Of a DNA stretch of 64,000 nucleotides, positions 12,608 through 25,828 are shown piece after piece. The translations under genes were made by a program, and so were the position numbers. The notes beneath the pieces are model-generated. The model ran no database searches. It saw only the letters and a list, made by a program, of their open reading frames with translations, and had not been told where the DNA came from. This DNA comes from Bugula neritina (lineage: Eukaryota; Animalia; Bryozoa), in NCBI GenBank assembly GCA_964035545.1, contig OZ037766.1, forward strand, positions 26,953,673-27,017,672. Reading direction: 5' to 3'. Within the stretch, counting starts at the first letter, position 1. Every line of letters begins with the position of its first letter.

Positions 12608-12836
12608 GGCATCCGGTAAAAATGGCGCAGGTAAAAGTGGCACATTTCAATATTAGGAATTGGGGGTTTGGAATGGGGGTTTGGGTTTGGGGTTTCGGAA
12701 AATTTAACATCTGTGTGCCATTTTACCTACTTTTCCATTTGTGCCATTATTACAGATGTTATTTTTACCTGTGACATTTTTACCTGTGACATTTTTACCT
12801 GTGACATTTTTACTCTGTCATTCTTACCTAAAATCC
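12608..12836. mobile_element. Mutator(MULE)-like MITE
   Basis: Exact 9-bp TSD GTGTGGCAT (12599-12607 and 12837-12845), imperfect TIRs, subterminal TTTTTACCTGTGAC repeats; related half-copy at ~16355-16460. Confidence 0.7.
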
Positions 12837-12970
12837 GTGTGGCATAGGTATATGCCTGCTCGACCTGCTTCTGTTTATAGGACAAAGAACAAAGATGAGT
12901 TAATGGTGCTTTTAAACCAGTGCTTTGAGCAGATGGGGCTCATTAGTCTGGGAAGACAGATCATCTAGGA

Positions 12971-14664
12971 CAGGGCTGTCCAAAAGGCGGCCCGGGGGGC
13001 CGGATCCGGCCCTCCAGCTATATTAGTGTGGCCCCCCAAGGTATAGGAAGTTACAAATTTTTTGTTTAAATCAAATTTGCTAACTAGCCTGAAACAGCAG
13101 CACTATTAAAATGTAGTTTAATTTCTTGTACAATATTGTTCTGTGGGTGGCATGCGTGTTACCTACTTATTGTTGTTTAGCCTGAGATCAAACTACAACC
13201 AATAACAGCAAGCTAGTCATGATAGCCTGTTAGCTAGCAAGCTTGTGACTTACAGTATGTAGACCCCTATATTATATTCTCATCTCTACGCGTTCACTGA
13301 AGCGTGAAGTGATACACAGTGCTTACTACTTAAAAAGAAATATACCATTTCCAGTATAATATAAATCCATAATTTATATAAAATCTAAGTCATTGCTTTT
13401 TTATTCAGATATCATGCTTTCTTGCTAAGTTATTTTACTGGTACTAAACAATCAACTTTTCAGGCAAAATTAGCCGAAAATGTGCAGTTTTTTTCTATAA
13501 CTTTGCAAAAGAATGAAACAATTTCAAAAAAGTTGCACTTGAAAAAAAATAAGATTCACACCATAGTTTTTAAATTTTGATTCTAGTAGCCTACAATTAC
13601 ATGAGATTTTTTTACTGGTATTGAATTTTTACACAGTTACAATGCAAACCTGAGCAAGGCAGTTGCAGCTAAAAAGTTGCCCTTAGCTATCTTGTGCAGA
13701 CAGATATTTCAAAGACATTTAATCAGGACTGGCCATATATAGAGACAAGACTTTTTTGAAAGTATAACTGAGATCTCATTTTTATTGACTGTATTGTGAA
13801 AGATAAGTAGTTGAAGAATCTCTGGCACACTTCACTTATGCAGTACTAAAATATTCTTACGTATGTTAGTTTTCATTTACATACTGTTTTAAGGTTAGAT
13901 GCCTAAACAATTTTGTTTTATAATGAATTTTGTACGAGTATGTACTGAAATGATTTGAGATTTCTGATTGCCTTGACCTTTGACATTTGACCTTTGACTG
14001 TTAGGTACTATAAAACTTATACTATTTATAGCTAACTTTCATAGCATACTATTGTTAGATGCTGCACGGCACAGCACTATCACTGAGATGGCTTGAAGGT
14101 TTGAACTTTCAATTTTTAGTCAAATGAAATACACAAAAATAAATACTACACTTCACTCACTAGTCAGCACTTAGTCCAGCAACTAAGAGTTATATGTTCT
14201 GATACGAAACCAGATATTAACAGAATTGTTCAAGGCAAACAATACTTACTGTGTACTCACAAGTGTCTCACTGATGGTTGTAAAATATAACTATACCGGT
14301 ATGAGTACAGACTCTTAGCACTGGCATATCTTGTTTAAATTTGCATGCTGCGCAATCATGAATATTTACTTTATATGTATAATTTGGGTTTGGTTACAAT
14401 TTTGTATTTATGTTTCTTGTTTACCTATTTTAAATAAATGCGTATACACACACATACACACACACATAAATATCGATTTAAATGTGTTATGATTTTAATA
14501 AAAATGCAAAGCCTAGCCATTGCTTATAATTACAATACATATAGCCTGCAGATGCTTAATAAATCTTGAAAATTGATTTTTAAAAACAGAAAAAATGTTG
14601 TGGCCCTCGGCTCAAGCTGAAACTTGCAGAGTGGCCCTCGGTCTGAAAAGGTTGGACACCCCTG
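12971..14664. mobile_element. Non-autonomous hAT DNA transposon
   Basis: TIRs CAGGGCTGTCCAA / TTGGACACCCCTG, subterminal GGCCC motifs, exact 8-bp TSD ATCTAGGA (12963-12970 and 14665-14672); no transposase ORF. Confidence 0.88.
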
Positions 14665-16354
14665 ATCTAGGAGAAGACAACCTCTGATCTCAAACCTCTG
14701 CTGCTATGCAACAATACCCAACCATGGGAAAGGCTTGGGAAGTAAATCCCAAAAAAAATCAAGAGTTGGAACCCTAGGGCATTTCATGGTTGTTCACAAC
14801 TTTGCTCTGACCGTTTTGCAACGACGCCAAACTGTAACAGCTCTGCTATTCCTTTGGATACGCCAGCGATGCAAAGAGAGGAGACATAAGTTACATGCAT
14901 GGGCAACAACCTCTCCTCCATATAATCAATGCCCACCATCACACTGGAAAGGACACTACAGCTTTGCCTTCTGACGTGTTGACACTTCACTCTACACAGT
15001 CACAGGCGCCCTGTTCTACCAAATCATAGGGTGTAATTCATGGTTGAATCGACTGACAAAGGCTTATGTGTATGTATGTGTGTATGCTTGAATGTGTGTG
15101 TATGCATTTATGTATCTTTGCATGCAACGATGCATGTGTGTATATATGTAGTTTGTGTCACAGTATATGTTTCAAGTCTGCTTGTATCAATGAATTTCAT
15201 TCCAGTAATGGCTCCTGACTATTTGTGACAAAAAAATCATTACAAGCTTATACAGAAGAATAAACTATTGTAAGAATAGCCTTTAATCAAATTCCTTTGA
15301 CTAAGCTTGGGAAAACTTTTTCTACTGTAGAAATAGACAGAATTATAATTTTTGAAAAACATACCTTTTATGGTAGCCAACTTGGCATGTCAAAATATTA
15401 TAGAATACTTTTATTCAATATTTGAATGATCATGCAAACTGTGGCCATCTACATCTGCTGATATTAGCAGCAAGGTTAGGATCTAAGTCTACAATAATAC
15501 TTGAGCTGCTACATATGGCACAGCTCTATATGCTATGTAAACTAGTTCTATCAGCACCATGATGCCATCGGCAGACACTGGGATAGAAAAAAGCTTTTTA
15601 GTTATTTGTTCCACTTGTTACAGTGGGATTCTGTTGTTTAGAGCTACTGCAAACTCACCTAATAATGTTATGCTGTAGCTTTGAGGGGAAATAAAGTGGT
15701 TTCGATGTATTAATTGGTTGCTTGGCTGTTCTTCTCTTAGTCTGTGAGGGAGAGTTTAGACTATGGGTGATGATGCTCCTTAACTTAAGAACACGTATTT
15801 CCTAGATTGAAGTCCTTTGACCTGGGTGGTGCTAAGGAGTCTTTTTGTCTGGCTAGTGTTCAGGAGTGGTGCTGTATCGAAAAGGTCAGCTATCTATATT
15901 GTACTGAGCACTCCCTTTTATCAATAGCATGCTGCCATGGCACATTGGATAATCCATTTAATCAAACTCTGCTGTTTAGACAGCAGAATTATCGATTAGA
16001 AGAATTTGTGAAAGTGTTTATTGATTAGGCCCATAAGATAAAGTCCAAGCTGTTATGTGTATGGCACTGACTTAGTCTTACATAATTAAGCATAACACTA
16101 ATGGTAACAGACAGACAGCTAATACCATTTGTTCACTTAAATATCAATATCAGTATTGAGGAGTTGAGTTGAGACTAAATAATTGGTAAAGCTAATAGGA
16201 TAATGTTATTAACAGCAAGTGTGGACATAACTTTGACACCCTGTGCTGCTGGTAGGAATGATACTGGAAAGTCTTTTAAATGTTTTTTACCATTTCATTG
16301 AGCTAGAAACTGTTCCACTGAGAAAAGTCAGAATGGAAGCATGAAGGATAATTG

Positions 16355-16460
16355 CAATTTGCCTACTTTGCCATTCGTGTCATTATTACCTGTGCTATTA
16401 TTACCTGTGTCCTTTTTACCTGTGCATGCTACTTTACCGATGCCATTTTTACCGGACACC
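16355..16460. mobile_element. Partial copy of the MULE-like MITE family of 12608-12836
   Basis: TTACCTGTG repeats and TGCCATTTTTACCGGA, the reverse complement of 12612-12627. Confidence 0.55.
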
Positions 16461-16469
16461 ATGTGGGAT

Positions 16470-17560
16470 ATAGTGTTGTTAGAAACATTCGATGATCCTA
16501 TAAAAAGAAAGTGGCATATGACCAATACTGATACATGCATGAACTGTATGGTGTTATGCAAGCAGTATAGCAATAGGGGTGTCTGTGCAAATAGATGGCC
16601 AGATAGTGGAGGATGCTTCGTGGATGAGAAAACCAGATGATTGCATCCACACCAATGTAGCCAAGTTAGAAGTTGTGGTAAAAGGCCTAAATTTGGCTTT
16701 AAAATAGAATTCAATGTCAGTTTTTAGGTGGGTCTCATCTGTAACCAATAACAGTATCAGACTCAAAGTTAATGGCATGAATGAGATGATTGTGAAACGA
16801 AGGTTAGGTGTCATAGCGGACCTGATAGAGGAGTACAAGCTGTCATTGAAAACACTGTTAGTGAAATCAGCTGAGAACTGTGCACGGCGCTCTAATGCAC
16901 AGGTGAGTTCAGCATGGCTTAGTAGTCACATAACTTATGCAAGTGTAGGTGTGACAACTCCTGATGCAGTTGACCTGAAGGATAAACTATAAGCTAAACT
17001 GCATAGAATGCAACATTTGGGCATTGAAAAAACATTGTATCTAGCTAAATACAAACTTGGTGGGGGCATAGACAAGGAGTTAGTAGGAAGAGCAGTTAGA
17101 GAATGTGCAGTGTGTAGGATTATTGATCCTTCTCCAGTGCAGTTGAAAAGAAGAGTTTTGAAAGTCAAAATTTAGAATAAGTGTAGGCTGGCAATGGACA
17201 AGTGTCATTATAACTGTGTACCATACTTGACTATTATTGACTGTAGTTCAATTAGAATTGCTGTGTGGCTAAAGTTACAAAATGAGACTGCTAAATTAAT
17301 GTCTACTTTTGAGTTGTCTATTGGTGATATGTCCGTTTTCCAATTGTCATATTCGAAATATGTCGTGTCACCGTGCAAGGAAGTCCTAAGTAGATGGAGA
17401 TATTAAAGTTAACTTAGGTTCAGATAGTGCTGACGGTAATGTAGATGTAATTGGAGCGTTGTAGATAGCAAGAGTTTCTAGGATGAAGTGATTCAAACCA
17501 AGTGATTGAACACCCAGTGAGAGATAGACAGCCACTTCGGTGGTTGGTAGATTTTTATGT
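16470..17560 (+). mobile_element. Gypsy-type pol remnant (RNase H and integrase)
   Basis: VEDASWMRKPDDCIHTNVAKLEVVVKGLNLAL (RNase H-like); LHRMQHLGIEKT...ECAVCRIIDP (HHCC integrase zinc finger); RLAMD...YLTIIDC; terminal RDRQPLRWLVDF; several disruptions. Confidence 0.75.
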
Positions 17561-19239
17561 AGCTATATAATTGAATGCTGGTTCAAAAATTTTTATTGGT
17601 TTGATCTGATATACATAGCTTGAACAAAAAAATTAGCCTCATACACTTAGTCTAAGGATTGTGGTCGCTGCAGTACTGATTAAGTGAATTTGTGCATGCA
17701 GGCTCAATCTGAGTTGAAAAATTCCAATACTTTTGGAATTTTAAACGCGCTAAGTTTTGGGTCATATAATATCAAATAGAACTTACATTACACACGCCTT
17801 GACATTATTCAAAGTATACTTAAAAACCAGTGACAACCTGTAGACAGTGCAATGTTTTGAGTAACTCGTCAGCTGGGAAGTGCCTGCTACCTGAATGGGG
17901 TTCTACTTGGTTTATCAGTTATTGAAGGGTTTCAAAGCAACATCGACCTTATATTTTTTATGCAAAGAAAGTAGCTTTAACAAATCAACTGAATTTATTA
18001 AGATACTGCATGGGAGATGACAGCTATGTAAGATCAAACTGACGATTTAATGGATAAACGAGGGCACTAAACACACTTCTCAGATTGAACTGGCTAAAAT
18101 TGACCCGAGATTGATCTATGAAACCACAGTGAATGTATCTTGGTACCATGAACTATTGCTTGAGTCAACACCGTTCTTATGGATTGTAAATAATGTTTTA
18201 TTAAAGAAAAAATAAATAGCATTTGTGTAATTTAGTAAAATAAGTGAATAAAATAATATTTTATATGGTTGCATTGATAAGTCATTCTGTGGCTAATGAT
18301 CTTTGACTACTGCACTGCCATTCACAAAAGATACAGCATAGGAAAATATATAATAACATGAGCGAATAAAATATGATAACACTATTGCACAAACTACATG
18401 AAAACGTTGTATACAACGGCTATTATTTGGCCAGAACAGCAATGTGGTGAATAAAACAATATATAACATGTATAACATAATCTAATAAATGCTGTAAGTC
18501 TTTTTGCTCAATGAAGTTGTGAAATATCTTTAGAAAGACTGTAGAAAGTAAAGAAGTTGCATGCATGAATTCCATTGAATGATATACCAGCTACTAGCAG
18601 TTGTCTTTCCTTATACATTAGTGAGTAAACTGGACTCTCTAAAATATAATAAACAGAGTTGATATCATGGCAAACTGACCGATATACTAACTATAAGATA
18701 ACCTGTACAATAGATAAATGACACCTTGTTTAGAGTTGTCTACCCTATGTAGAGCAACTTAAGCCTAGAATGTTGAACACAATTAAAGTATATTTTCTTA
18801 AGACAACAGAAAAAAGGGTCGCAGAGATGAACGTCTGAGCAGAACAAAACACAAGACACATATGAAAGAGAGATCAACCTAATAATGATAATCAACCTTT
18901 ACTCGATCACAGGGACAGATCGGTCTTTACAAATTACTCTATCTACAGATCAACTAGACACATGTGTCCCTGTAACCAAGCATTAAATAAAACTATTGCC
19001 AAAAGTGAACGACAAATTTTACAATAAGTTCAAACGAGACTAAATATTACCTAACTTTAAAGTTGATCGTGTAAGGGCTAATATTCAACATTATTAAATA
19101 ATTGTTGTTCAGTGAAATGAGAGATATTCAAAATATACTAGGGAAACGATAGAAGTTGGAATAGCATAACCTTGGAGTGGTGCATAGCCTAAGTATAGGC
19201 TAGAAGCTTTAGGACTGAGTGTGGAGACACATGGAGGAC

Positions 19240-22200
19240 TTACTGAGGATTGCCTGAGTCTCCTTGACCATCTGCATCTCCAGAAGTCGGGTTTAGGATG
19301 CGGAGTCTCTTACTAACTGCCTCCTTCACTTTATCTTTAGTCTGCTTCACTCGGATATTCTTGACAATTTCTTTGCGAAGTCTAGCAGAGGGCAGACTTC
19401 CCAGTTTGACTCCCAGAAGCAGCAGAGAGCAGAACATCATGCAGCCTCCTACAGTTACACACCGTCAGCCCGTTTACACAGAGTAGCCCATACAGAGAGT
19501 GACGTACAGAGAGTGACGTACAGAGAGTGATGTACAGAGTAGCCCATACAGAGAGTGACGTACAGAGAGTGATGTACACAGAGTAGCCCATACAGAGAGT
19601 GACGTACAGAGAGTGATGTACACAGAGTGATGTACAGAGAGAGCATGTTCACAAAATAACATATAACTTGTAACGTACACAGAGAGTAACATACACAAAG
19701 TAACGTAAACAGAGTAACGTACACAGAATAATGTATACATTGTAATGTACACAGATAGAAAGAGAGAGTAACATACCCATAGTAACGTAAACAGAGTAAC
19801 TTACACAGAGTGACGTACACAGTGAGGTGTGTGTCTGTAAGTATGTGTATAAACAGCACTTACCTGCCAGGTAGAATACATTCTTGTAAGATTCTGTCTC
19901 TCCGTACAGGAAACCGGCTATAGGTGGACCAGACATGGACCCGAAACTTGTAGCCAGCATTGCGAAACCACTACCACTAGTAGCTAAATCCTGGCCAATG
20001 GTTTCTCTGTTGACCTGCAACGATAGTTTGTAACTTCCTGGTAAATTGAAAAAGTTGTTGTCGTTTTAATACAACTTAATGAAACATAATATGTTGACTT
20101 TAAATATTCACCTATTTATCTATCTAAAATATGACTATAACTCAAAAATTGAATAGATGATAGAAAAAATTATATTCTATGCAATTTAGATACAATGTAG
20201 CACACACACACACAGGTGCATTTTCATATGCTAAATGATCCTACACATTAACTTAAATTATTTTTTTCGAAATATTCTTTTAAAATTTAATCGTTATTTC
20301 GCACATTTGCATTATTATATTAAGCTCATCACTGAGCATTGGTTTTCTTATTAGCTTACATTATTTTAAATTTTTAGTGAGGCAAGTATGAGAGAGGAAA
20401 ACAATTACCCAGTTTGAAAATATTTTGGTTGATTATGTCTACTTCATATTAAACCCACTATGATAAATCACCTCATAAAATTATATATGTTTACTAATTT
20501 TACTGCACGGTATTATGAGCAGTCTAGAAATATACTGAGCAAATTATTTTCACCAAAACCCAACTGTCTAACATTTTAGTATTATATTAACTGAGCAGTT
20601 CAAGTTCCACACACCTAGTGTTTGTAATGCAAATCTATATTCATGCTGAGTACCTCACAAACATCACAGAATAGCAAAATACTGTGTCCAGCTAAATGCC
20701 ATCATTTCCCATAGTCTCACGAGTCAACATGTCTGAGATAAGGGAGCTGATCCACAGGATGGAACTCATCACAAATAAACTCGTAAAATAAATCTAACCT
20801 GATTAATGAAGTTAGACCAGAATCCACAGTAGAAACCAAACAGCATAGAGTAAGCGAGGAGTCCCGTGTACTTGATGGAAATGTCCTGGAACAGGCCGGT
20901 GAATATAGCTGTGAGGAAAAGTCCAAATAGTACAGACGTGACTGTGTCCATGGTGCTAGCTTCTCCCAGGTGGAGAGTGCGGAATATACCTGTAACAGAG
21001 AGGAATGTACCTGTAACAGTGAGGAATATACCCGTAACAGTGTGGAATATACCTGTAACTCACAAATATATAGCTACAACAATATAAAATGCATCTTCTT
21101 CTGACAGACAATCTGACATATCTGAAAAAACCCAATGATTATCAATAATCACACCAACAGCTACTCCATCACTACAACTCACTCTCAGTCTATACAGAGT
21201 AGACAGGGGGAAGTAACTCACCCCTGCTGAACAGACTGAGTCCGCCAATGCAGCTCAGCATGATGGCAGCTTCCTCCGTACTGTAGCCGCTCTGTCTAGT
21301 GAACACCGGTATGTGGATGTACATGATGGACGAGCCAAACGCCCAGATGAAGTTGGCGAGACAAACGGCAAGGAAGGCTGGTTTAGCCAACGCCTCCTCC
21401 TGCAAGACCGATGAGAACAGTAGACTACCAACCTACATGCTGGGTGGAGCTAAACTTGGTCACATGACATTGCAAAAGGTTAGACAACTCTAGAGAGCAA
21501 AGTTAAGCTTTAATATTTCGAGACTGCACTGCATTTGAAAATCTTTTTTAGACATCAATTTTGAACTTCCACAGCATTGAATGCTGTTGTACTAAATTTC
21601 TTTTAACATTTTTAGAAGTCTTTGAAAAACATAATTGTTCGAGCATACAATCCTCAAAAAGTCTGTAGATGACAGCTAAGATATATATAGATATTCTAGT
21701 ACTGTATAAATGAAGTATGTCAGGGATTCTGTGGATACAAGTGTGAAAGAGGTATACTATGGTTTTAGAAAGTTATACAAATACGAGGTTTATTCTCAGC
21801 AACTCCCTACATACCTACAGCAGGCCATGAAACCATGTTCACTGAAATTCCACAGGTAAGCTTGAATATATATAACCTATAGCCTAATCTTAGATCATAT
21901 CAAGGGACGATTTACTTACACGGAATATTTCGATAGATAGCCTGGTGTTCTCAAGAGGTTTAGGAGCAGTCATGAGAAGCCCCAACAAGGATATCATAGC
22001 CAGAGCTCCAGAGAGAACGAGCAAGGAGTACATATGGTCAATGTTAGATAACAGCCAATTCAGACCAGCCGGAAATGTGGCCACACCGATACCTAACGAG
22101 TAAAAGAAGTTAGCAGCGGCACTACAAGGGTACACACATAAACTGATGAAAATATGCAGCATTGTTAATTTATTCATCACCAGTGATGATTTGGTGATAA

Positions 22201-24278
22201 ATAAATTAACAGATAGTTTCACAACTTATTCTCAGCGACTTTAGTCAATTGTCAGGAACTGGGCCGCTCACGAGTGTCAATAAAACATGTGTGACAAGCT
22301 TTTAGTAAACAATTTTTTACAGGCTAAGAAAAAACCTACTAGCTTCAATTACACCTGGTGCAAATTGGATGCACCCGGTTTAAGACCGCCTAAGGTCAAC
22401 TTTAAATACCGCATCAGACATAGGCATAACTGCAGGACCGTGTATTGATGTCCTAATAAGTTGCAACATCAATAATGTATTTACTAAGAGTAGTACTGTA
22501 TGCACACATTAGAGGTGCCTCATACTAGAATACTAGCTAAGAGTAGTATAGCATATACAGACTCACCAATTCCACTCAGAGCTATAGTAGTGGCCAGAGT
22601 ATTCCCTTCTCGAGGAAAGTGCAGTTCAACAGAAAGTAGAGCGGGTATAAAAGAGAGGCCAACTCCCAAACCTGTCAAACACCGAGTAGAGAAGTAGCAG
22701 CATACGACATGAATACCAATATGGCTTCCTTAGTGACAGGTTGCGACAGGTTGCTTAATTTTAACCACCTAAGTAGGTGATCTGACAGTATCAGAACTGA
22801 ATCAAATATTGCAGTAGCAATAAAACATACACAGCTTAGTATCAACTTCTCAGCAAACGCATAATTATACTGTTTTGCCGTTGGTTTAATGACACAGTGT
22901 TATTCCACACCTCCAAACAGATCACTATGCTAGTCTAGTGTAAACAACTGCACTTACACTCAGTTACACAATACTCAAACTTATATCATAGTACGTTTGA
23001 AAAAATTGTGAAATGACAAAAATACAGAGAAGTTTGTGAAAAGCTACAGAAAGTAGGAGTACAGCATAGGGAAATAAGTGAATAGTGTGTAATGTTTATG
23101 CTTCAATGATGGTGGGTATTAGACTGGGCTGTCAGAATTGACACCAAAGGAAATAGTAAGCGTTTCATACCAGTGAGCAGACCCATAGTGAGGCATATGG
23201 CAGTCAGCCCGGTGCAGAATACAGACATAGATGGCCCAAGAGCAGCTATGAAACCTCCAATGATGAGTGAGCCTCTGCATCCAATCATTTTGATCAGAGG
23301 AATCGCTATGATACCTGCAAGAGAAGAGTGCATTACTCAGACTAATATGGGACTAAAGTAACAAGTGTTGGTAGTGTAAAGTTTATGGAAAGTTCAGTTA
23401 CTACAGCAAATACCAGTACTATAGAGACTACCCCAGACATCACTGTATGGACTAATACTATTACTACTACTATTACTACTGTCACAACTATTCGCACTAT
23501 GTTACAGCTACCTCCATTACTAAAACTATCAATAATCTCAACACTAGTACTGCATTTACCATTATATCACCACCACCCTCACTAAACTCTGTGACTTCTC
23601 CACTACTATGTATGATAATTTAGTCACTTACTGGACATGCTCATAGAAGACATCATAGTGGCCCCAAGCCAAGATTGCTCCATCACAGTATAACTACTGT
23701 TGAGTTGTTTCTCAAATATAACCATTGTTATTGGAGAGCTGAAAACAGATGTGAATCAACTTGTATTTTCTCACAAACTAAGTAATAGTGCCATGGGCTA
23801 GTATCATCATCTATATATAGTCCTATTTATTTAGTCCCAGCGCAAGCCTTCGACTTGTTAGGATACAGTGCAGTATATGCCATAATATCAACATTCGAAT
23901 TTAGGTTACTTTGGCATTTTTCTACTGATACAATTGAATAATAAATACACAAAATTGATTGGATAAAAATTACATGCCATCAAATCCACTTACATGGCTT
24001 AAGTAAGTAATTATGAAACTTTTAGAGTAAGAATAACATTTAAAACCTAGCACAAAGTAGTAAAATAATGCAACGGATGACATTATCTTCTACAGTTTTT
24101 AAAACTTGATGCTACAGTACTAAACACATTGTGTATAGTCTATCATGAATTAAGGTGTATACCTGTAGATTGTTCCACAGCTGATCGAGATAATGACGAA
24201 AGCATAGACCACCACCATGTAGCTCCAGCATTGTGACTGGGAGATTCCAGGTGAACCATGAGACTGCTTGTTAGCCAT
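19240..24278 (-). CDS. SLC16/monocarboxylate-transporter-like MFS protein A, 9 coding exons
   Basis: Exons 24278-24163, 23738-23632, 23314-23171, 22671-22567, 22092-21920, 21399-21222, 20989-20799, 20014-19864, 19448-19240 join with GT-AG and consistent phases. Motifs KMIGCRGSLIIGG, GLGVGLSFIPA and GPPIAGFLYGETESYKNVFYLAG are SLC16-like. Confidence 0.88.
19477..19822. repeat. Intronic minisatellite (ACAGAGAGTGACGT / GTAGCCCAT variants)
   Basis: Tandem 12-16 nt units in the last intron of SLC16-like A. Confidence 0.85.
20981..21060. repeat. 21-nt tandem repeat spanning a 3' splice site
   Basis: Four units GGAATATACCTGTAACAG(A/T)G(A/T). Confidence 0.85.
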
Positions 24279-25324
24279 GATAGAGTGGCCGCAGGTAGTT
24301 TATACACTTTGATATGATTGTCTTTTATTTGCCTGCAGAATTCTAACAGATAAACATGCATTGTAAATATGATGTTTTATATTTCAGCAGTCAAACTTTA
24401 TACTGCCTTTAATGTTGTTAGAAATAACTAGCCAACTACTTGTATAATGTTTATCGCACAATAAACTGTATCACAGAAATGGTTTGAGATTATGTTTACT
24501 GATTTACTACAAAATGAAATATGAAATACTAATGCTGTTTACTGGAATTGAATTAAAAAGTAAATAGGTACTATCAGGGCACAAACAGGAACATAACACA
24601 CAGTTGAACATAGATAAATTTTAATTTGTAGAATTGGGTATCCCTATAGGTAAGTATTTAGTTCATTGACACTTAATAAGTATGCGATTTTTGCGGTTTC
24701 ACTTCCAGCTATGGCAGTATAAGTAATGACTTTAGATAGATGAGAGTAAGTGGAACTTAAAGCTTCCATGTTAAAGTCTAACTGATGAGATTGAGTCATC
24801 ATAGACCAGTAGAAACCACTTGTCAAGATAAACTAATGCAACACTGAGTCTGAGTCTGATTAGAATCATTACATGATAAGGAAGCTCAAAGTAACTTAAC
24901 ATGAGTATTTGATAGTATGGAGTGCTTTACCTACAGTAACAGTAGCAAGTTGTCTGGTTCAGGTTAAACTGTGTAACTGCAAATCTAAGGAAACTTATAA
25001 ACCTCTCTATAACAAATATACAAAGCTTTATAAGAATTGTTTTGTTATAATAATCACAGTGATCACAACAATTTAAAATAAGTGGCAGAATCAGTGTGAG
25101 TTAAACAAGTGACCATGACAGCAAGTTGAACAAATAATAAGAATATAGGTAACTGAAATTTATGATTTATGAATAATGAAAGTATTACTATTATAAATAT
25201 AATTCAAATATCCGAGGAAAACTGCTATAATTATAACAGCTGACATTTTTAAAATTTTTAATTTTAATAAAAGAAAATCACAATAATTTAAACAATCTAA
25301 ATATTGAAATGAACTTCAGTAATT

Positions 25325-25828
25325 CAGGGTTGGGGTCAATTAATGTGAATGTAATCAATTACAATTACATGGAAATTTGTCAATTACAATTATAATTACA
25401 GTTAAAAAGTAATGTAATTAATTGCAACTATAATTACACAGCAACTAATTAATTACAATTACATTTACTTTTGTTCTCACAAGGGATAAATAGAAGTTAT
25501 GCAATCTCACTTCTAGGGTCGAACTACCAAGGGCAATTTTGACAGTGGTAAACCACCTTTGTTCTCAACAGTGATACTATATTATACTACATTGACCTAA
25601 TCTGAACTTGCTATTTAACAGTAGGCGTGGTAGGAAAAGCATGAAATTTTCAAGATTTAAAATTTTGAAATAATTGACATGTAATATTAAAGTAATTGTA
25701 AAAATCAATTACATTAGATATGTAACGAATTACAATTACATTTTATACATCAATTACAAATTATATTCAATTACTTAAAAAATGTAATTAATTACAACCA
25801 ATTACAATTTACAATTACCTCAACCCTG
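25325..25828. mobile_element. MITE with CAGGGTTG termini and AATTAC subterminal repeats (hAT-like)
   Basis: CAGGGTTGGGGTCAATT ... AATTACCTCAACCCTG; many AATTAC/GTAATT units; no clean TSD. Confidence 0.6.

Larger units (their letters stand above)
12480..15065 (+). mobile_element. Non-autonomous RTE-like retroelement (5'UTR-derived), interrupted by two DNA transposons
   Basis: After removing both insertions it reads ...GATGGGGCTC...ATCTAGGAGAAGACAACCTCTGATTCAAACCTC..., resembling (from memory) RTE-clade 5'UTRs; ends in a (TGTA/TG) microsatellite at ~15066. Confidence 0.5.

Noticed and set aside
19382-19859. Repetitive ORFs and a CRISPR-like look of the repeat array
   Set aside because: Head-to-tail minisatellite with no unique spacers, inside a eukaryotic intron, no cas genes.
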